Below the pieces are notes generated by a model that was given only the letters and a program-made list of their open reading frames with translations, ran no database searches and was not told the origin of the DNA. From the NCBI RefSeq assembly GCF_000039765.1, contig NC_004459.3:990001-1022000 (forward strand): a stretch of DNA of 32,000 nucleotides, in the 5' to 3' direction. Both the position numbers and the translations under genes were made by a program. Positions 1-12,663 of the stretch are shown one piece after another. Origin of the DNA: Vibrio vulnificus CMCP6 (lineage in GTDB: Bacteria; Pseudomonadota; Gammaproteobacteria; Enterobacterales; Vibrionaceae). The stretch's first letter is position 1; every line of letters begins with the position of its first letter.

Positions 1-515
1 GCTGCTGTGACTTTGCGGATTAACGCCAGTGGCAGTTTATCCGCAGACAGTTTACCAATCAGCACCACAGGGGCATTGGCCAGCAACATACCAATGGTGG
101 TTCCTAACACAACCCAAGTCAGTGCATCGGCATACTGCGCGCCGAGAATGGACGTCGCGATTTGGGTTTTATCCCCCACTTCAGCAATAAAGAAAGCGAT
201 GAAACTGGCCACAAAAGGACCTCGGTTTGAGATCTCTTCTTCGTCATCCAACTTATCGGGAATCAACACCCATCCCGCCATGGCTAAGAAACTGGCCACC
301 ACCACCCACTTCAACACGTCGGGAGAAAGATAATCGGCAACAACGACACCCAGCCAAGCAGCCAAGGCATGGTTGGCAATCGTAGCGAAAAAGATCGCAG
401 CAATGATTGGGATTGGTTTGCGGTAACGGCTGGCTAACAGCAGAGACAACAATTGGGTTTTATCGCCAATTTCGGCTAAGGCGACAGTAGTAATTGAAAT
501 AGCTAAAACGCTCAC
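1..515 (-). CDS. mneA: TMEM165/GDT1 (UPF0016) family membrane protein, probable Mn2+ exporter MneA; 3' end lies outside the window
   Basis: Reverse-strand translation from GTG at 515 gives VSVLAISITTVALAEIGDKTQ-type N-terminus (VLAISITTVALAEIGDKTQLLSLLLASRYRKPIP-like) and a second EVGDKTQIAT repeat. Paired E-x-G-D-K/R-T motifs are the family hallmark. Adjacency to glyQ matches Vibrio gene order. Confidence 0.85.
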   Translation of the reverse strand, partial: MSVLAISITTVALAEIGDKTQLLSLLLASRYRKPIPIIAAIFFATIANHALAAWLGVVVADYLSPDVLKWVVVASFLAMAGWVLIPDKLDDEEEISNRGPFVASFIAFFIAEVGDKTQIATSILGAQYADALTWVVLGTTIGMLLANAPVVLIGKLSADKLPLALIRKVTA

Positions 516-588
516 GACATGCTCATTGGGGCGGGATAATTATAGTAACCATAGACAAACCCCACGCCCCACCCCGGTTCGTGTTGTT

Positions 589-715
589 TGTCTAAGGTCT
601 TGCTAAACTTGAAAGGCTTCAAGTCTCGAACGCCATGGTGATTTGGCACCAATTATGTTGACGGACGAACTCGATGAAAATGGCTTTTCATCCAGTAAGC
701 TACTCCCCAAAGACA
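589..715 (-). ncRNA. yybP-ykoY family Mn2+ riboswitch aptamer upstream of mneA
   Basis: Reverse strand reads TGTCTTTGGGGAGTAGCTT...CGTCAACATAATTGG...GTTCGAGACTTGAAG...GTTTAGCAAGACCTTAGACA. It contains the GGGGAGTAG 5' signature, CGTCAACATA, GAGACTT and a closing P1 (TGTCT..GG / CC..AGACA). Confidence 0.8.
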
Positions 716-995
716 GGCGCAATTCTAGCCAGCTTACGGCAACATCTCAAGTGTGAAATCCGTCAAAAACTCCCTTTTAGGAAAAATTCAGCCGATAACG
801 CGGTAAAAATCCATTAAACGAGAAAATTGCCCACGAATTAATCAAGATTAGCTCTACTCCCATGCTGAATATCTGGGTATACTTGATCGTTATTTTATTC
901 AACCGTCATTACCTTCATTCACCCCTGTTGGCAGCAGAAAACCCAACAAATTCGATGAATGAATCCGTAATAAGAGAATCGCGCGAACCTGACTT

Positions 996-1913
996 ATGCA
1001 AAAATACGATATCAAAACCTTCCAGGGAATGATCCTCGCGCTGCAGGATTATTGGGCTCAAAATGGTTGTACCATTGTTCAACCGCTGGATATGGAAGTG
1101 GGTGCGGGTACCTCTCACCCAATGACTTGTCTACGAGCGCTTGGCCCAGAGCCAATGTCGACAGCTTACGTACAACCTTCTCGTCGTCCGACCGATGGCC
1201 GTTACGGTGAAAACCCTAACCGTCTACAGCACTACTACCAATTCCAAGTTGCGCTAAAACCGTCGCCAGACAATATTCAAGAGTTGTACCTAGGCTCTCT
1301 AGAAGTTCTTGGTATTGACCCACTGGTTCACGACATTCGCTTCGTGGAAGACAACTGGGAAAACCCAACGCTAGGCGCTTGGGGTTTAGGCTGGGAAGTT
1401 TGGCTAAACGGTATGGAAGTGACTCAGTTTACTTACTTCCAACAAGTCGGCGGCCTTGAGTGTAAACCGGTTACTGGTGAGATCACTTACGGTATCGAAC
1501 GTCTTGCGATGTACATCCAAGAAGTTGACTCGGTTTACGATCTGACTTGGAACATCGCACCTGATGGCAGCAAAGTGACTTACGGTGATATCTTCCACCA
1601 AAACGAAGTAGAACAATCAACTTACAACTTCGAGCACGCTGATGTGGATTTCCTGTTCAGCTTCTTCGAACAATGTGAGAAAGAGTGTCAACAACTGCTT
1701 GAGCTAGAAAAACCACTCCCTCTACCTGCCTACGAGCGCATTCTAAAAGCGGCTCACGCGTTCAACCTACTCGATGCTCGCAAAGCGATCTCAGTAACTG
1801 AACGTCAACGCTACATCCTGCGCATCCGTAACCTGACTAAATCAGTGGCAGAAGCATACTACGCATCACGCGAAGCACTTGGCTTCCCAATGTGTAAGAA
1901 AGAACAAGCGTAA
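996..1913 (+). CDS. glyQ: glycine--tRNA ligase alpha subunit
   Basis: 305 aa [47 protein letters not shown], typical GlyQ; immediately followed by glyS. Confidence 0.98.
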   Translation: MQKYDIKTFQGMILALQDYWAQNGCTIVQPLDMEVGAGTSHPMTCLRALGPEPMSTAYVQPSRRPTDGRYGENPNRLQHYYQFQVALKPSPDNIQELYLGSLEVLGIDPLVHDIRFVEDNWENPTLGAWGLGWEVWLNGMEVTQFTYFQQVGGLECKPVTGEITYGIERLAMYIQEVDSVYDLTWNIAPDGSKVTYGDIFHQNEVEQSTYNFEHADVDFLFSFFEQCEKECQQLLELEKPLPLPAYERILKAAHAFNLLDARKAISVTERQRYILRIRNLTKSVAEAYYASREALGFPMCKKEQA

Positions 1914-1926
1914 GAGGTAGAGTAAC

Positions 1927-4008
1927 ATGGCAAAAGAATTTTTAATCGAGCTAGGTACTGAAGAACTGCCACCAACGCAACTTCGTACTCTGGCTGAAGC
2001 ATTTGCAGCAAACTTTGAAGCAGAGCTAAAAGGTGCTGAACTAACGCACGAAGGTGTGAAATGGTACGCAGCGCCTCGTCGCCTTGCACTGAAAGTCACC
2101 GCATTAGCCGAACACCAAGCAGACAAAATCGTTGAAAAGCGTGGTCCTGCCGTTTCTGCCGCTTTTGATGCAGACGGTAATGCAACCAAAGCCGCTCAAG
2201 GTTGGGCACGTGGTTGTGGCATCACGGTTGATCAAGCAGAGCGCATGATCACTGACAAAGGCGAATGGCTGCTGTTCAAACAAGAAGTCAAAGGCCAACC
2301 AACGGCTGATATCGTGGTTGAGCTGGCAGCAAAAGCGCTAGCAGGTCTACCTATCGCAAAACCTATGCGTTGGGGTAACAAAACCACTCAATTTATCCGT
2401 CCAGTAAAAACGCTGACTATGCTCATGGGTTCTGACCTTATCCAAGGTGAAATCCTAGGCGTAGCCTCTGATCGCGTTATCCGTGGTCACCGCTTTATGG
2501 GTGAGCGCGAGTTCACTATCGAATCTGCAGAGCAATACCCATCGATCCTCGAAGAGCGCGGTAAAGTGATGGCAGATTACGAAGCGCGTAAAGCCATCAT
2601 TCTTGCTGACGCACAAAAAGCAGCAGCGGCAATCGGCGGTATCGCTGATCTAGAAGATGACCTAGTCGAAGAAGTCACCTCTCTGGTTGAATGGCCAGTG
2701 GTACTGACCGCTAAGTTCGAAGAAGAGTTCCTAAAAGTCCCAGCTGAAGCATTGGTTTACACCATGAAAGGTGACCAAAAGTACTTCCCTGTCTACACCG
2801 AAGACAAGCAGCTACTGCCTAACTTCATCTTCGTGTCTAACATCGAATCGAAAGAGCCTCGTTATGTGATTGAAGGTAACGAGAAAGTAGTTCGTCCACG
2901 TCTTGCGGATGCGGAATTCTTCTTCAACACGGACCGTAAGAGCAAGCTCATCGATCGTCTGCCAATGCTAGAAAACGCGATTTTCCAACAGCAACTTGGC
3001 ACCATTAAAGACAAAACCGATCGCATCACTGAACTGGCTGGCTACATTGCTGAGCAAATCGGTGCGGACGTTGAAAAATCAAAACGCGCAGGTCTACTTG
3101 CAAAATGTGACCTAATGACATCAATGGTATTCGAATTTACCGATACTCAAGGTGTGATGGGCATGCACTACGCTCGCCATGACGGTGAAGCGGAAGAAGT
3201 AGCAGTGGCACTAAACGAGCAATACATGCCTCGTTTCGCTGGTGATGACCTACCATCAAATGGGGTATCCTCCGCCGTTGCGATGGCAGACAAGCTCGAC
3301 ACCATCGTGGGTATCTTCGGTATCGGTCAAGCGCCAAAAGGTTCTGACCCATTTGCACTGCGCCGCGCATCACTCGGTGTACTGCGTATCATCGTTGAAT
3401 ACGGTTACAACCTAGACCTTGTTGACCTAGTAGCGAAAGCGAAATCACTGTTCGCCCAACAAGATGGTACTAGCCGTTTAACTAACGATAACGTTGAGCA
3501 AGAAGTGATTGAGTTTATGCTGGGTCGTTTCCGCGCTTGGTACCAAGACGAAGGCTTCAGTGTCGACATCATCCAAGCGGTATTGGCACGTCGTCCAACG
3601 AAACCTGCTGACTTTGACCAACGTGTTAAAGCGGTTTCTCACTTCCGTGAACTGGAAGCGGCAGAAGCACTGGCGGCAGCGAACAAACGTGTCGGTAACA
3701 TCCTAGCGAAATTCGATGGCGAGCTAGCAGCAGACATCGACCTTGCGCTACTGCGAGAAGACGCAGAGAAAGTACTGGCTGAAAACGTGGAAGTGATGAC
3801 AGAAGCGCTTGAGCCAGCATTTGCCACTGGTAACTATCAAGAAGCGCTAAGCAAACTCGCTGACCTACGTGAGCCTGTGGATGCATTCTTCGATAACGTA
3901 ATGGTTATGGCTGATGATGAAGCACTGAAGACCAACCGTCTAACGCTCCTGAACAACCTGCGTAACCTGTTCCTACAGATCGCTGACATTTCTTTGCTTC
4001 AAAAGTAA
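1927..4008 (+). CDS. glyS: glycine--tRNA ligase beta subunit
   Basis: 693 aa [29 protein letters not shown]...; typical GlyS. Confidence 0.98.
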   Translation: MAKEFLIELGTEELPPTQLRTLAEAFAANFEAELKGAELTHEGVKWYAAPRRLALKVTALAEHQADKIVEKRGPAVSAAFDADGNATKAAQGWARGCGITVDQAERMITDKGEWLLFKQEVKGQPTADIVVELAAKALAGLPIAKPMRWGNKTTQFIRPVKTLTMLMGSDLIQGEILGVASDRVIRGHRFMGEREFTIESAEQYPSILEERGKVMADYEARKAIILADAQKAAAAIGGIADLEDDLVEEVTSLVEWPVVLTAKFEEEFLKVPAEALVYTMKGDQKYFPVYTEDKQLLPNFIFVSNIESKEPRYVIEGNEKVVRPRLADAEFFFNTDRKSKLIDRLPMLENAIFQQQLGTIKDKTDRITELAGYIAEQIGADVEKSKRAGLLAKCDLMTSMVFEFTDTQGVMGMHYARHDGEAEEVAVALNEQYMPRFAGDDLPSNGVSSAVAMADKLDTIVGIFGIGQAPKGSDPFALRRASLGVLRIIVEYGYNLDLVDLVAKAKSLFAQQDGTSRLTNDNVEQEVIEFMLGRFRAWYQDEGFSVDIIQAVLARRPTKPADFDQRVKAVSHFRELEAAEALAAANKRVGNILAKFDGELAADIDLALLREDAEKVLAENVEVMTEALEPAFATGNYQEALSKLADLREPVDAFFDNVMVMADDEALKTNRLTLLNNLRNLFLQIADISLLQK

Positions 4009-4040
4009 TTCATGACTTTTGAAGTGATTAAGAGATAAGC

Positions 4041-4068
4041 AAAAGGGAAGCATCGGCTTCCCTTTTTT
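4041..4068 (+). terminator. Rho-independent terminator downstream of glyS
   Basis: AAAAGGGAAGC-ATCG-GCTTCCCTTTT stem followed by T-run. Confidence 0.9.
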
Positions 4069-4089
4069 GTTTCTCGGCATCCAAACGGC

Positions 4090-4452
4090 TTAGTTGGTGG
4101 CCTCTTGTTCGCAGCGAGCAAAGTCATAATGCTCTTCACGACCACCTTTCCCTTTGAATCCCATGCGAACGACAAAGCCTTGGCGCAAAGCGTTGATCAT
4201 ATCTTCACATGCCCACTCGTACCCGCCTTTCTTAATTGCGTGGGTATCCCATTGATAACCTTCTGGCACCCAAACGTAGTAATCAATATAGCCTTCATCG
4301 GTGACTTTTAAATCTTGGATCTCTTTTAGTTCATCTTGTAATACTGCCACCAGCTCAGGGGCTGCTGTTGGTGCACTGGCTTGATAGTTCATTGTGTTAC
4401 ACGCGGTTAAGCCTGCCAACATGGTCAATAATAAGCACTTTCTCATTTTCAT
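4090..4452 (-). CDS. small predicted lipoprotein of unknown function
   Basis: 120 aa ORF with signal peptide and lipobox (MKMRKCLLLTMLAGLTAC|NT). Confidence 0.8.
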   Translation of the reverse strand: MKMRKCLLLTMLAGLTACNTMNYQASAPTAAPELVAVLQDELKEIQDLKVTDEGYIDYYVWVPEGYQWDTHAIKKGGYEWACEDMINALRQGFVVRMGFKGKGGREEHYDFARCEQEATN

Positions 4453-4750
4453 TGTAATTCCATTTAGTTATGTAATGCGCACGCATAATACATTCACAGT
4501 AAGCATAATAACAAAGCCATATGGCGTTCTAATTTATCAAAATGTTATATGGATCATCCGCTCTTACATTTGCTGAATTTTTCTTCTTTACCGAGAGGGA
4601 TTTCGTGGGAAAAAGTTTCAGCTTACGAGTAATTTCACGCTTTTACTCTCTGTTACATTCAGGTATGTTCAACTATTACTCTATCAGCCAGCAACGTACT
4701 GGCCATTTAGGCACACAAAAGCAATCACAATGAATTAGGTATAACAACAA

Positions 4751-6007
4751 ATGCAGTTTTCAAAATTTGGCGAAAAGTTTAATCAGTATTCTGGAATAAC
4801 CCAATTAATGGACGATTTGAATGATGGTCTGCGCACACCAGGTGCCATCATGCTCGGTGGAGGTAATCCTGCCGCTATCCCAGCCATGCTCGAATACTTT
4901 CACCAAGCCAGCGAAAACATGCTCTCTAACGGCGAATTGCTTGCAGCACTGGCAAACTACGATGGTCCTCAAGGTAAAGATGTCTTTGTTAAAGCACTGG
5001 CTCGCTTACTCAAGGAGACCTATGGTTGGAATATCAGTGAAAAGAACATCAGTTTGACCAATGGCAGCCAAAGCGGCTTTTTCTACCTGTTTAATCTTTT
5101 TGCTGGTCAACAACCCGACGGCTCACATAAAAAAATCTTGCTACCGCTGGCGCCAGAATACATCGGCTATGCCGATGCGGGGATTGATGAAGATATTTTT
5201 GTCTCTTATCGTCCTGAGATTGAGCTTCTCGATAATGGCTTGTTCAAATACCACGTGGATTTCGAACAACTCAAACTGGATGAATCTGTCGCTGCGATTT
5301 GTGCCTCCCGTCCAACCAATCCAACCGGTAACGTGCTGACAGATGAAGAAATTCGCAAGTTGGATCAGTTAGCCAGAGACAACCAGATTCCCCTCATCAT
5401 TGATAACGCCTACGGTTTGCCCTTTCCAAATATTATCTTTGAAGATGTTGAACCATTTTGGAATGAAAACACCATTCTGTGCATGAGTTTGTCCAAACTA
5501 GGGCTCCCTGGGGTTCGCTGTGGCATCGTCATTGCGAATGAAGCCGTGACCCAAGCCCTGACCAATATGAATGGCATTATTAGCCTCGCTCCAGGCAGCG
5601 TTGGCCCTGCTCTCGGTCACTACATGATAGAAAAGGAAGATCTACTGCACCTCAGCTCAGAGGTGATCAAACCGTTCTACCAACAAAAATCGCAACGCGC
5701 GGTTGAACTGCTCCAAGCCGCCATGCCCGATGATCGCTTCCGTATCCATAAACCGGAAGGCGCGATTTTCTTATGGTTGTGGTTTGATGAGCTTCCTATC
5801 ACCACCATGGAACTGTACCAACGCTTAAAGGCTCGAGGCGTGCTGATCGTGCCAGGGGAATACTTCTTTATTGGCCAAGAAGATAATTGGGAGCATGCCC
5901 ATCAGTGTTTGCGCATGAACTATGTGCAGGATGATGAGCTCATGCAGAAAGGCATTGCGATCATTGCTGAAGAGGTCAATCGTGCCTATTCTGAAAGAGA
6001 GTCCTAA
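4751..6007 (+). CDS. avtA: valine--pyruvate transaminase (PLP-dependent)
   Basis: 418 aa, MQFSKFGEKFNQYSGITQLMDDLNDGLRTPGAIMLGGGNPAAIP...; class I/II aminotransferase motifs (SLSKLGLPGVRCG with the PLP lysine). Confidence 0.9.
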   Translation: MQFSKFGEKFNQYSGITQLMDDLNDGLRTPGAIMLGGGNPAAIPAMLEYFHQASENMLSNGELLAALANYDGPQGKDVFVKALARLLKETYGWNISEKNISLTNGSQSGFFYLFNLFAGQQPDGSHKKILLPLAPEYIGYADAGIDEDIFVSYRPEIELLDNGLFKYHVDFEQLKLDESVAAICASRPTNPTGNVLTDEEIRKLDQLARDNQIPLIIDNAYGLPFPNIIFEDVEPFWNENTILCMSLSKLGLPGVRCGIVIANEAVTQALTNMNGIISLAPGSVGPALGHYMIEKEDLLHLSSEVIKPFYQQKSQRAVELLQAAMPDDRFRIHKPEGAIFLWLWFDELPITTMELYQRLKARGVLIVPGEYFFIGQEDNWEHAHQCLRMNYVQDDELMQKGIAIIAEEVNRAYSERES

Positions 6008-6026
6008 TTTTTAATACCTTAAAATA

Positions 6027-8288
6027 ATGAAAACGGGTTTGCTCATGTTCAATGAGCAGATCGGTTTTACCTTTTTGCTCTATTTCGTTTGGTGTGCATG
6101 GATGAATACCTTTCTCAATATAAAGCATCCCCTCATTGCGACGTTGCTCTTATTTGCGTCAATACTCTCAATCACTTTGTGGATTATCCATTTAGTGACC
6201 GACGCCAATTTGCGCGAAAAAGAGCTATTGGTGAGTCAAGTCGCGATGACTCAAGCAAAAAACTTAGAGAAGGAACTGCACACCGCGTTGATCGCCTCCA
6301 CGCAAATCCTTGCCGTCGAAGTGATTCAAAACAACGGTAACATGGAGAATTTTGAAGAATACGCGCAAGAAATTCTCTCTTTAAGCGAAGTGATCTCCAA
6401 TCTTCAATTGGCACCGAATGGCATCATTCAATTCATTTACCCTCTCGCTGGCAACGAAAAAGCCATTGGTCACAACTTACTCAAAGACGATGCAAGAAAG
6501 AAAGAGGCGCTGAGTGCCGTGGAGTCAGGCAAGCTCACTCTCGCTGGCCCATTTACCCTAAAACAAGGTGGAATAGGCATGGTTGCTCGCCGACCCGTGT
6601 TTCTTAAACTGCAAGATAAAAGCGAGTTTTGGGGATTTGTCTCCGCGCTGATTTTGTTAGAAAACTTAATTGCCAGCAGCGACCTTCAAGAGTTACAGAA
6701 AGACAACCTTCGTTTTCAACTCTCGCGCATCCACCCCGACACCAACCAAGTTGATGTCTTTTATGGTGAGTCGATATCTCAAGACTGGATCAGCAGCCAG
6801 GTCACCATTGACGTGCCCAACAACCAATGGACGCTCATCGTTGGTCTACCACAAAGCCAGCAACTGTTTGGCTCTGCGTTAATTCAATTGGCCATTGCTT
6901 TAATAGTCAGTGGCTTCGCCAGTTTTTGCTTTTTTTACTACGTCACACTACCGAAGAAGCTGCAACATGCCGTCGAAAAAAAGACATTTCAGCTCAAAAA
7001 GCTGGCCAATACTGACATGCTTACTGGATTGGACAATCGGCGAAAATTCACGGATGTGCTTAACCAGATTCTACAAAAATCAGACGCATTGGCGCATTGC
7101 CACGCCCTGTTGTATCTCGATATCGATAATTTCAAACAGATCAATGACCAACTGGGCCACTATGTAGGAGATCAAGTGCTAAAAGTCGTGGCCCAACGCT
7201 TATGCCACCACGTTTCCGATGCACAATCGATCACACGAATCAGTGGTGATGAGTTCGCCGTTCTCCTTGAATATCAAGAGATCGACAGCCTCAAAGCGCG
7301 TCTTTCTGCGCTGATTGTCGCACTATCACAACCGAGTGAACATATTCCGAACTCTCATCGCCTAACCGTCTCCATCGGCGTCGTGCTTATTCCACAAGAT
7401 GGCCAAGACCTCACGCTACTGATGCAACACGTGGATTTTGCGATGTATCAAGCCAAGAGCCAAGGTCGCAACCAGTATTGTTTTTTCGATAGGCTCATGA
7501 AGCTCAGAGATGATGAGAAAATCCAACTCATTGAAAGTTTGAAGATCGCCATTGAGCAAAATCAGTTTGTGCTTCATTACCAACCTATCTATGACATTCG
7601 ATCACACCAGATACATTGCTATGAAGCCCTTATCCGTTGGCAACACCCAACGAAAGGTTTACTCTATCCCGCGAGCTTTATTGAGCTTGCAGAGCAAAGT
7701 GGTTTGATCAATGAGATTGGCGATTGTGTCCTTGCTCAAGCCTGCCAATTTATTGCACAAGCAGCACCAGAGAAACCGATCGTGTCGATCAACATTTCCG
7801 CCAGCCAACTGTCCGATCCTCAACTCTTTGAACGGTTTATCGGCATTATCCAGCAGTATGGTGTAGATGCGCATTCACTGAAGTTTGAGCTGACCGAAAC
7901 CACCTTGATGCAAAATATTCAGGCCTGTATCAATATCTTGCTCAAGTTTAAACAACTGGGTATACAGATAGCGATTGATGATTTTGGTACCGGCTATTCT
8001 TCATTGGCGATTTTGAAAGACGTGCCAGCCAACTACTTAAAAATTGATAAGTCGTTTATTGACCAAATCAATTCCAATACTGGCGATCAGAAAGTCGCGC
8101 AAAGCATCATTACTTTGGCGCATCATCTTGATATGCAGGTGATAGCGGAAGGGATTGAACAGATTGAGCAAGAAGAGTTGCTTGCTCAATTTCAATGTGA
8201 TTTTGGGCAAGGCTACCTGTTTGGTCGCCCTGCCCCAGTCGACTCGCTGCTATTTAACAGCACAGACATCAATTCTCGAGCAGTTTAG
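6027..8288 (+). CDS. membrane-bound GGDEF-EAL domain protein (putative bifunctional c-di-GMP enzyme)
   Basis: Two N-terminal TM segments, a sensory segment, a TM ([22 protein letters not shown]), a GGDEF domain with SGDEF signature, and an EAL domain with [36 protein letters not shown] and GQGYLFGRP. Confidence 0.93.
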   Translation: MKTGLLMFNEQIGFTFLLYFVWCAWMNTFLNIKHPLIATLLLFASILSITLWIIHLVTDANLREKELLVSQVAMTQAKNLEKELHTALIASTQILAVEVIQNNGNMENFEEYAQEILSLSEVISNLQLAPNGIIQFIYPLAGNEKAIGHNLLKDDARKKEALSAVESGKLTLAGPFTLKQGGIGMVARRPVFLKLQDKSEFWGFVSALILLENLIASSDLQELQKDNLRFQLSRIHPDTNQVDVFYGESISQDWISSQVTIDVPNNQWTLIVGLPQSQQLFGSALIQLAIALIVSGFASFCFFYYVTLPKKLQHAVEKKTFQLKKLANTDMLTGLDNRRKFTDVLNQILQKSDALAHCHALLYLDIDNFKQINDQLGHYVGDQVLKVVAQRLCHHVSDAQSITRISGDEFAVLLEYQEIDSLKARLSALIVALSQPSEHIPNSHRLTVSIGVVLIPQDGQDLTLLMQHVDFAMYQAKSQGRNQYCFFDRLMKLRDDEKIQLIESLKIAIEQNQFVLHYQPIYDIRSHQIHCYEALIRWQHPTKGLLYPASFIELAEQSGLINEIGDCVLAQACQFIAQAAPEKPIVSINISASQLSDPQLFERFIGIIQQYGVDAHSLKFELTETTLMQNIQACINILLKFKQLGIQIAIDDFGTGYSSLAILKDVPANYLKIDKSFIDQINSNTGDQKVAQSIITLAHHLDMQVIAEGIEQIEQEELLAQFQCDFGQGYLFGRPAPVDSLLFNSTDINSRAV

Positions 8289-8703
8289 TGCCACCTATAG
8301 CAATCTTACGTGGTTGCATCGCTTCTGGAATTTCACGCACCAAATCGATGTGCAGTAAACCATTTTCCATCGATGCCCCCACCACTTTGACGTAATCCGC
8401 TAGCTGGAATTTACGCTCAAAGTCGCGCTCTGCAATGCCTTGATAAACGTAGTTTTTGCCTTCTTCGGCTTTGCGTTCACCCTTCACGATCAACATGTTT
8501 TCGTTTTGCGTCAAATCGAGCTGATCTTCAGAAAAACCTGCAACTGCCATCGTAATACGGTAGTTGTGCTCATCTTTTTGTTCAATGTTGTATGGAGGGT
8601 AACCGCCAGAACTGTTTTTGGCTGCGCTGGCTTCCATCAGGTTGAACAGACGGTCAAAACCAATCGCATTACGGTATAGTGGTGAGAAATCTACATTACG
8701 CAT
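8269..8703 (-). CDS. ibpA: Hsp20 / alpha-crystallin family small heat-shock protein (IbpA-like)
   Basis: 144 aa: [26 protein letters not shown]...[44 protein letters not shown], matching IbpA/IbpB. Confidence 0.95.
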   Translation of the reverse strand: MRNVDFSPLYRNAIGFDRLFNLMEASAAKNSSGGYPPYNIEQKDEHNYRITMAVAGFSEDQLDLTQNENMLIVKGERKAEEGKNYVYQGIAERDFERKFQLADYVKVVGASMENGLLHIDLVREIPEAMQPRKIAIGGTKLLEN

Positions 8704-8822
8704 AATCCTATCCTCTTTTAAGCAATAGTCTTAGCCCAGATAAACCTATCTTGTTGGCGTGTTTATGCAAGAAAACGCCGAGCTAAGGGATTCGATAGTC
8801 CACTCCACAACCCAACTTTGGG
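8704..8822 (-). promoter_or_regulatory. 5'UTR with ROSE-like RNA thermometer
   Basis: Reverse strand CUAUUGCUUAAAAGAGGAUAG (plus 8708-8728) folds with the Shine-Dalgarno (GAGGA) paired to the UUGCU motif with one bulged G, as in ROSE elements. A second hairpin GGCGU...ACGCC lies at 8756-8779. The 5' boundary is estimated. Confidence 0.75.
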
Positions 8823-8829
8823 GACGGGG

Positions 8830-8855
8830 ACATGGTGTCGAATCTAGGGTCAAAT
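8830..8855 (-). promoter_or_regulatory. possible sigma-32 type promoter of the small heat-shock gene
   Basis: Reverse strand TTTGACCCTAGATTCGACACCATGT resembles CTTGAA...CCCCATnT; weak match. Confidence 0.35.
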
Positions 8856-9023
8856 TGAGTGCTAAAACTCAGTATCCTCTCTTGAGCGATCTGGTTTAGC
8901 GATGCCAGAGGTGCTGTTCTTCTCTTGTTGAGCAAGCTAGCCATCCCTCTTCCTAATTAGATATAAGGCCTAGAAATGGGGTTTCAAGGGATCAGAAAAA
9001 GAATTTTTCAGTCTGTGCTGTCA

Positions 9024-9061
9024 GGGTCTAGGGTCTAGGGTCTAGGGTCTAGGGTCTAGGG
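9024..9061. repeat. tandem repeat of GGGTCTA, about 5.4 copies
   Basis: gggtcta gggtcta gggtcta gggtcta gggtcta ggg, perfect copies. Confidence 0.98.
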
Positions 9062-9082
9062 CAGTTTTTCCTGCCCTAAGTA

Positions 9083-9112
9083 AAAATGCCACCTCTTGCG
9101 AGGTGGCATTTT
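9083..9112 (-). terminator. Rho-independent terminator downstream of gyrB
   Basis: Perfect 13-bp stem AAAATGCCACCTC-TTGC-GAGGTGGCATTTT; T-run on the gyrB strand. Confidence 0.9.
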
Positions 9113-9138
9113 CATTAATGTTGATAGCGTCTTATCGA

Positions 9139-11559
<2,421 letters not shown>

Positions 11560-11574
11560 TTACTCTCTCATTAT

Positions 11575-12654
11575 TTATCCTTGCTCGATTACACCCTGCT
11601 CCACATGAAACAGTCGGCCAGAGTCATCGCGCATGTCGCTGATCTGGTTTTCCGTAATCGAACTTACAAAAACTTGAGCCCCCGTCTGTTTCAAGCAATC
11701 AGCAAGACGCTTGCGACGTTGACTGTCTAATTCAGAGGCAAAGTCATCTATGAGATAGACGCATTGCTTACCGGTTTTTTCCGTTAGGTGCTGGCCTTGT
11801 GCCAAGCGGAGCGCACACACCATTAATTTCAATTGGCCACGCGATAACACATCTTCCACCGGGGTGTTATTCACTTTTATCCGTAAATCGGCCTTATTTG
11901 GCCCGCTAACGGTATAGCCTAGCGTTTGATCGCGCTCGAAATTCTCTTCCAGTATTTGTTGGTATGGGGTTTCTTTTTCCCAGCCACGATAATACTTCAA
12001 TTGGATATGAAATTCTGGCAAAAATTCTTGGCACAACTGTTCCGCTTTGCTTTGCATTTGGGCAACGTAATCGGCGCGCCATTGGCTAATCAACTCGGCC
12101 AAACGTGCCATTTCCTTGTCCCAATAACTCAGCTCTTGATAGCTCTTTGCCGACTTCAACAACGCATTACGTTGTTTGTTGAGGCGCTTAAAACGCCCCC
12201 ATGCATCATAAAACGCGGGCTCAGTATGAAACACGCCCCAATCAATAAACGCTCGACGATGCTTGGGCCCATCCGTTAATAAATCGAAGCCTTCGGGATG
12301 AATCAATTGCAATGGCAACACTTGTGCTAGCTGCGCTAACTTTTGCCCAGATTGACCGCCTATTTTAACCTCTGTTGTGCCATCACGCTGCTTATTAATG
12401 CCGATCGGTAGCTCAAATTGATCCGAGTTCAAAAAACGACCATAGACAAACAGTTGATCACACTCATTTTGAATCACGCGTCCGGTCAAAGCACTTTTAA
12501 ATGAGCGCCCATGACCGAGCAAATAGATGGCTTCCAAGACACTGGTTTTGCCACTGCCATTCGGACCAATAAGAAAGTTAAAGCCTGGCGACAGTGCAAT
12601 GTCGCAGGCTTTGATATTACGAAACTGCTGAATAATCAGACGAGAAAGCGGCAT
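11575..12654 (-). CDS. recF: DNA replication/repair protein RecF
   Basis: 359 aa with Walker [10 protein letters not shown] and QFRNI start region; located between dnaN and gyrB. Confidence 0.98.
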   Translation of the reverse strand: MPLSRLIIQQFRNIKACDIALSPGFNFLIGPNGSGKTSVLEAIYLLGHGRSFKSALTGRVIQNECDQLFVYGRFLNSDQFELPIGINKQRDGTTEVKIGGQSGQKLAQLAQVLPLQLIHPEGFDLLTDGPKHRRAFIDWGVFHTEPAFYDAWGRFKRLNKQRNALLKSAKSYQELSYWDKEMARLAELISQWRADYVAQMQSKAEQLCQEFLPEFHIQLKYYRGWEKETPYQQILEENFERDQTLGYTVSGPNKADLRIKVNNTPVEDVLSRGQLKLMVCALRLAQGQHLTEKTGKQCVYLIDDFASELDSQRRKRLADCLKQTGAQVFVSSITENQISDMRDDSGRLFHVEQGVIEQG

Positions 12655-12663
12655 TCAATCAGC

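Noticed and set aside
7-333. + strand ORF (108 aa) at the window start
   Set aside because: Antisense to the mneA-like gene, whose protein carries real family motifs; low-complexity Ser/Thr/Ala product.
915-2298. Several ORFs overlapping glyQ and glyS on the - strand or other frames (e.g. 915..1118, 1404..1616, 1859..2089, 2104..2298)
   Set aside because: Shadow ORFs of long, well-supported coding sequences; no recognisable protein features.
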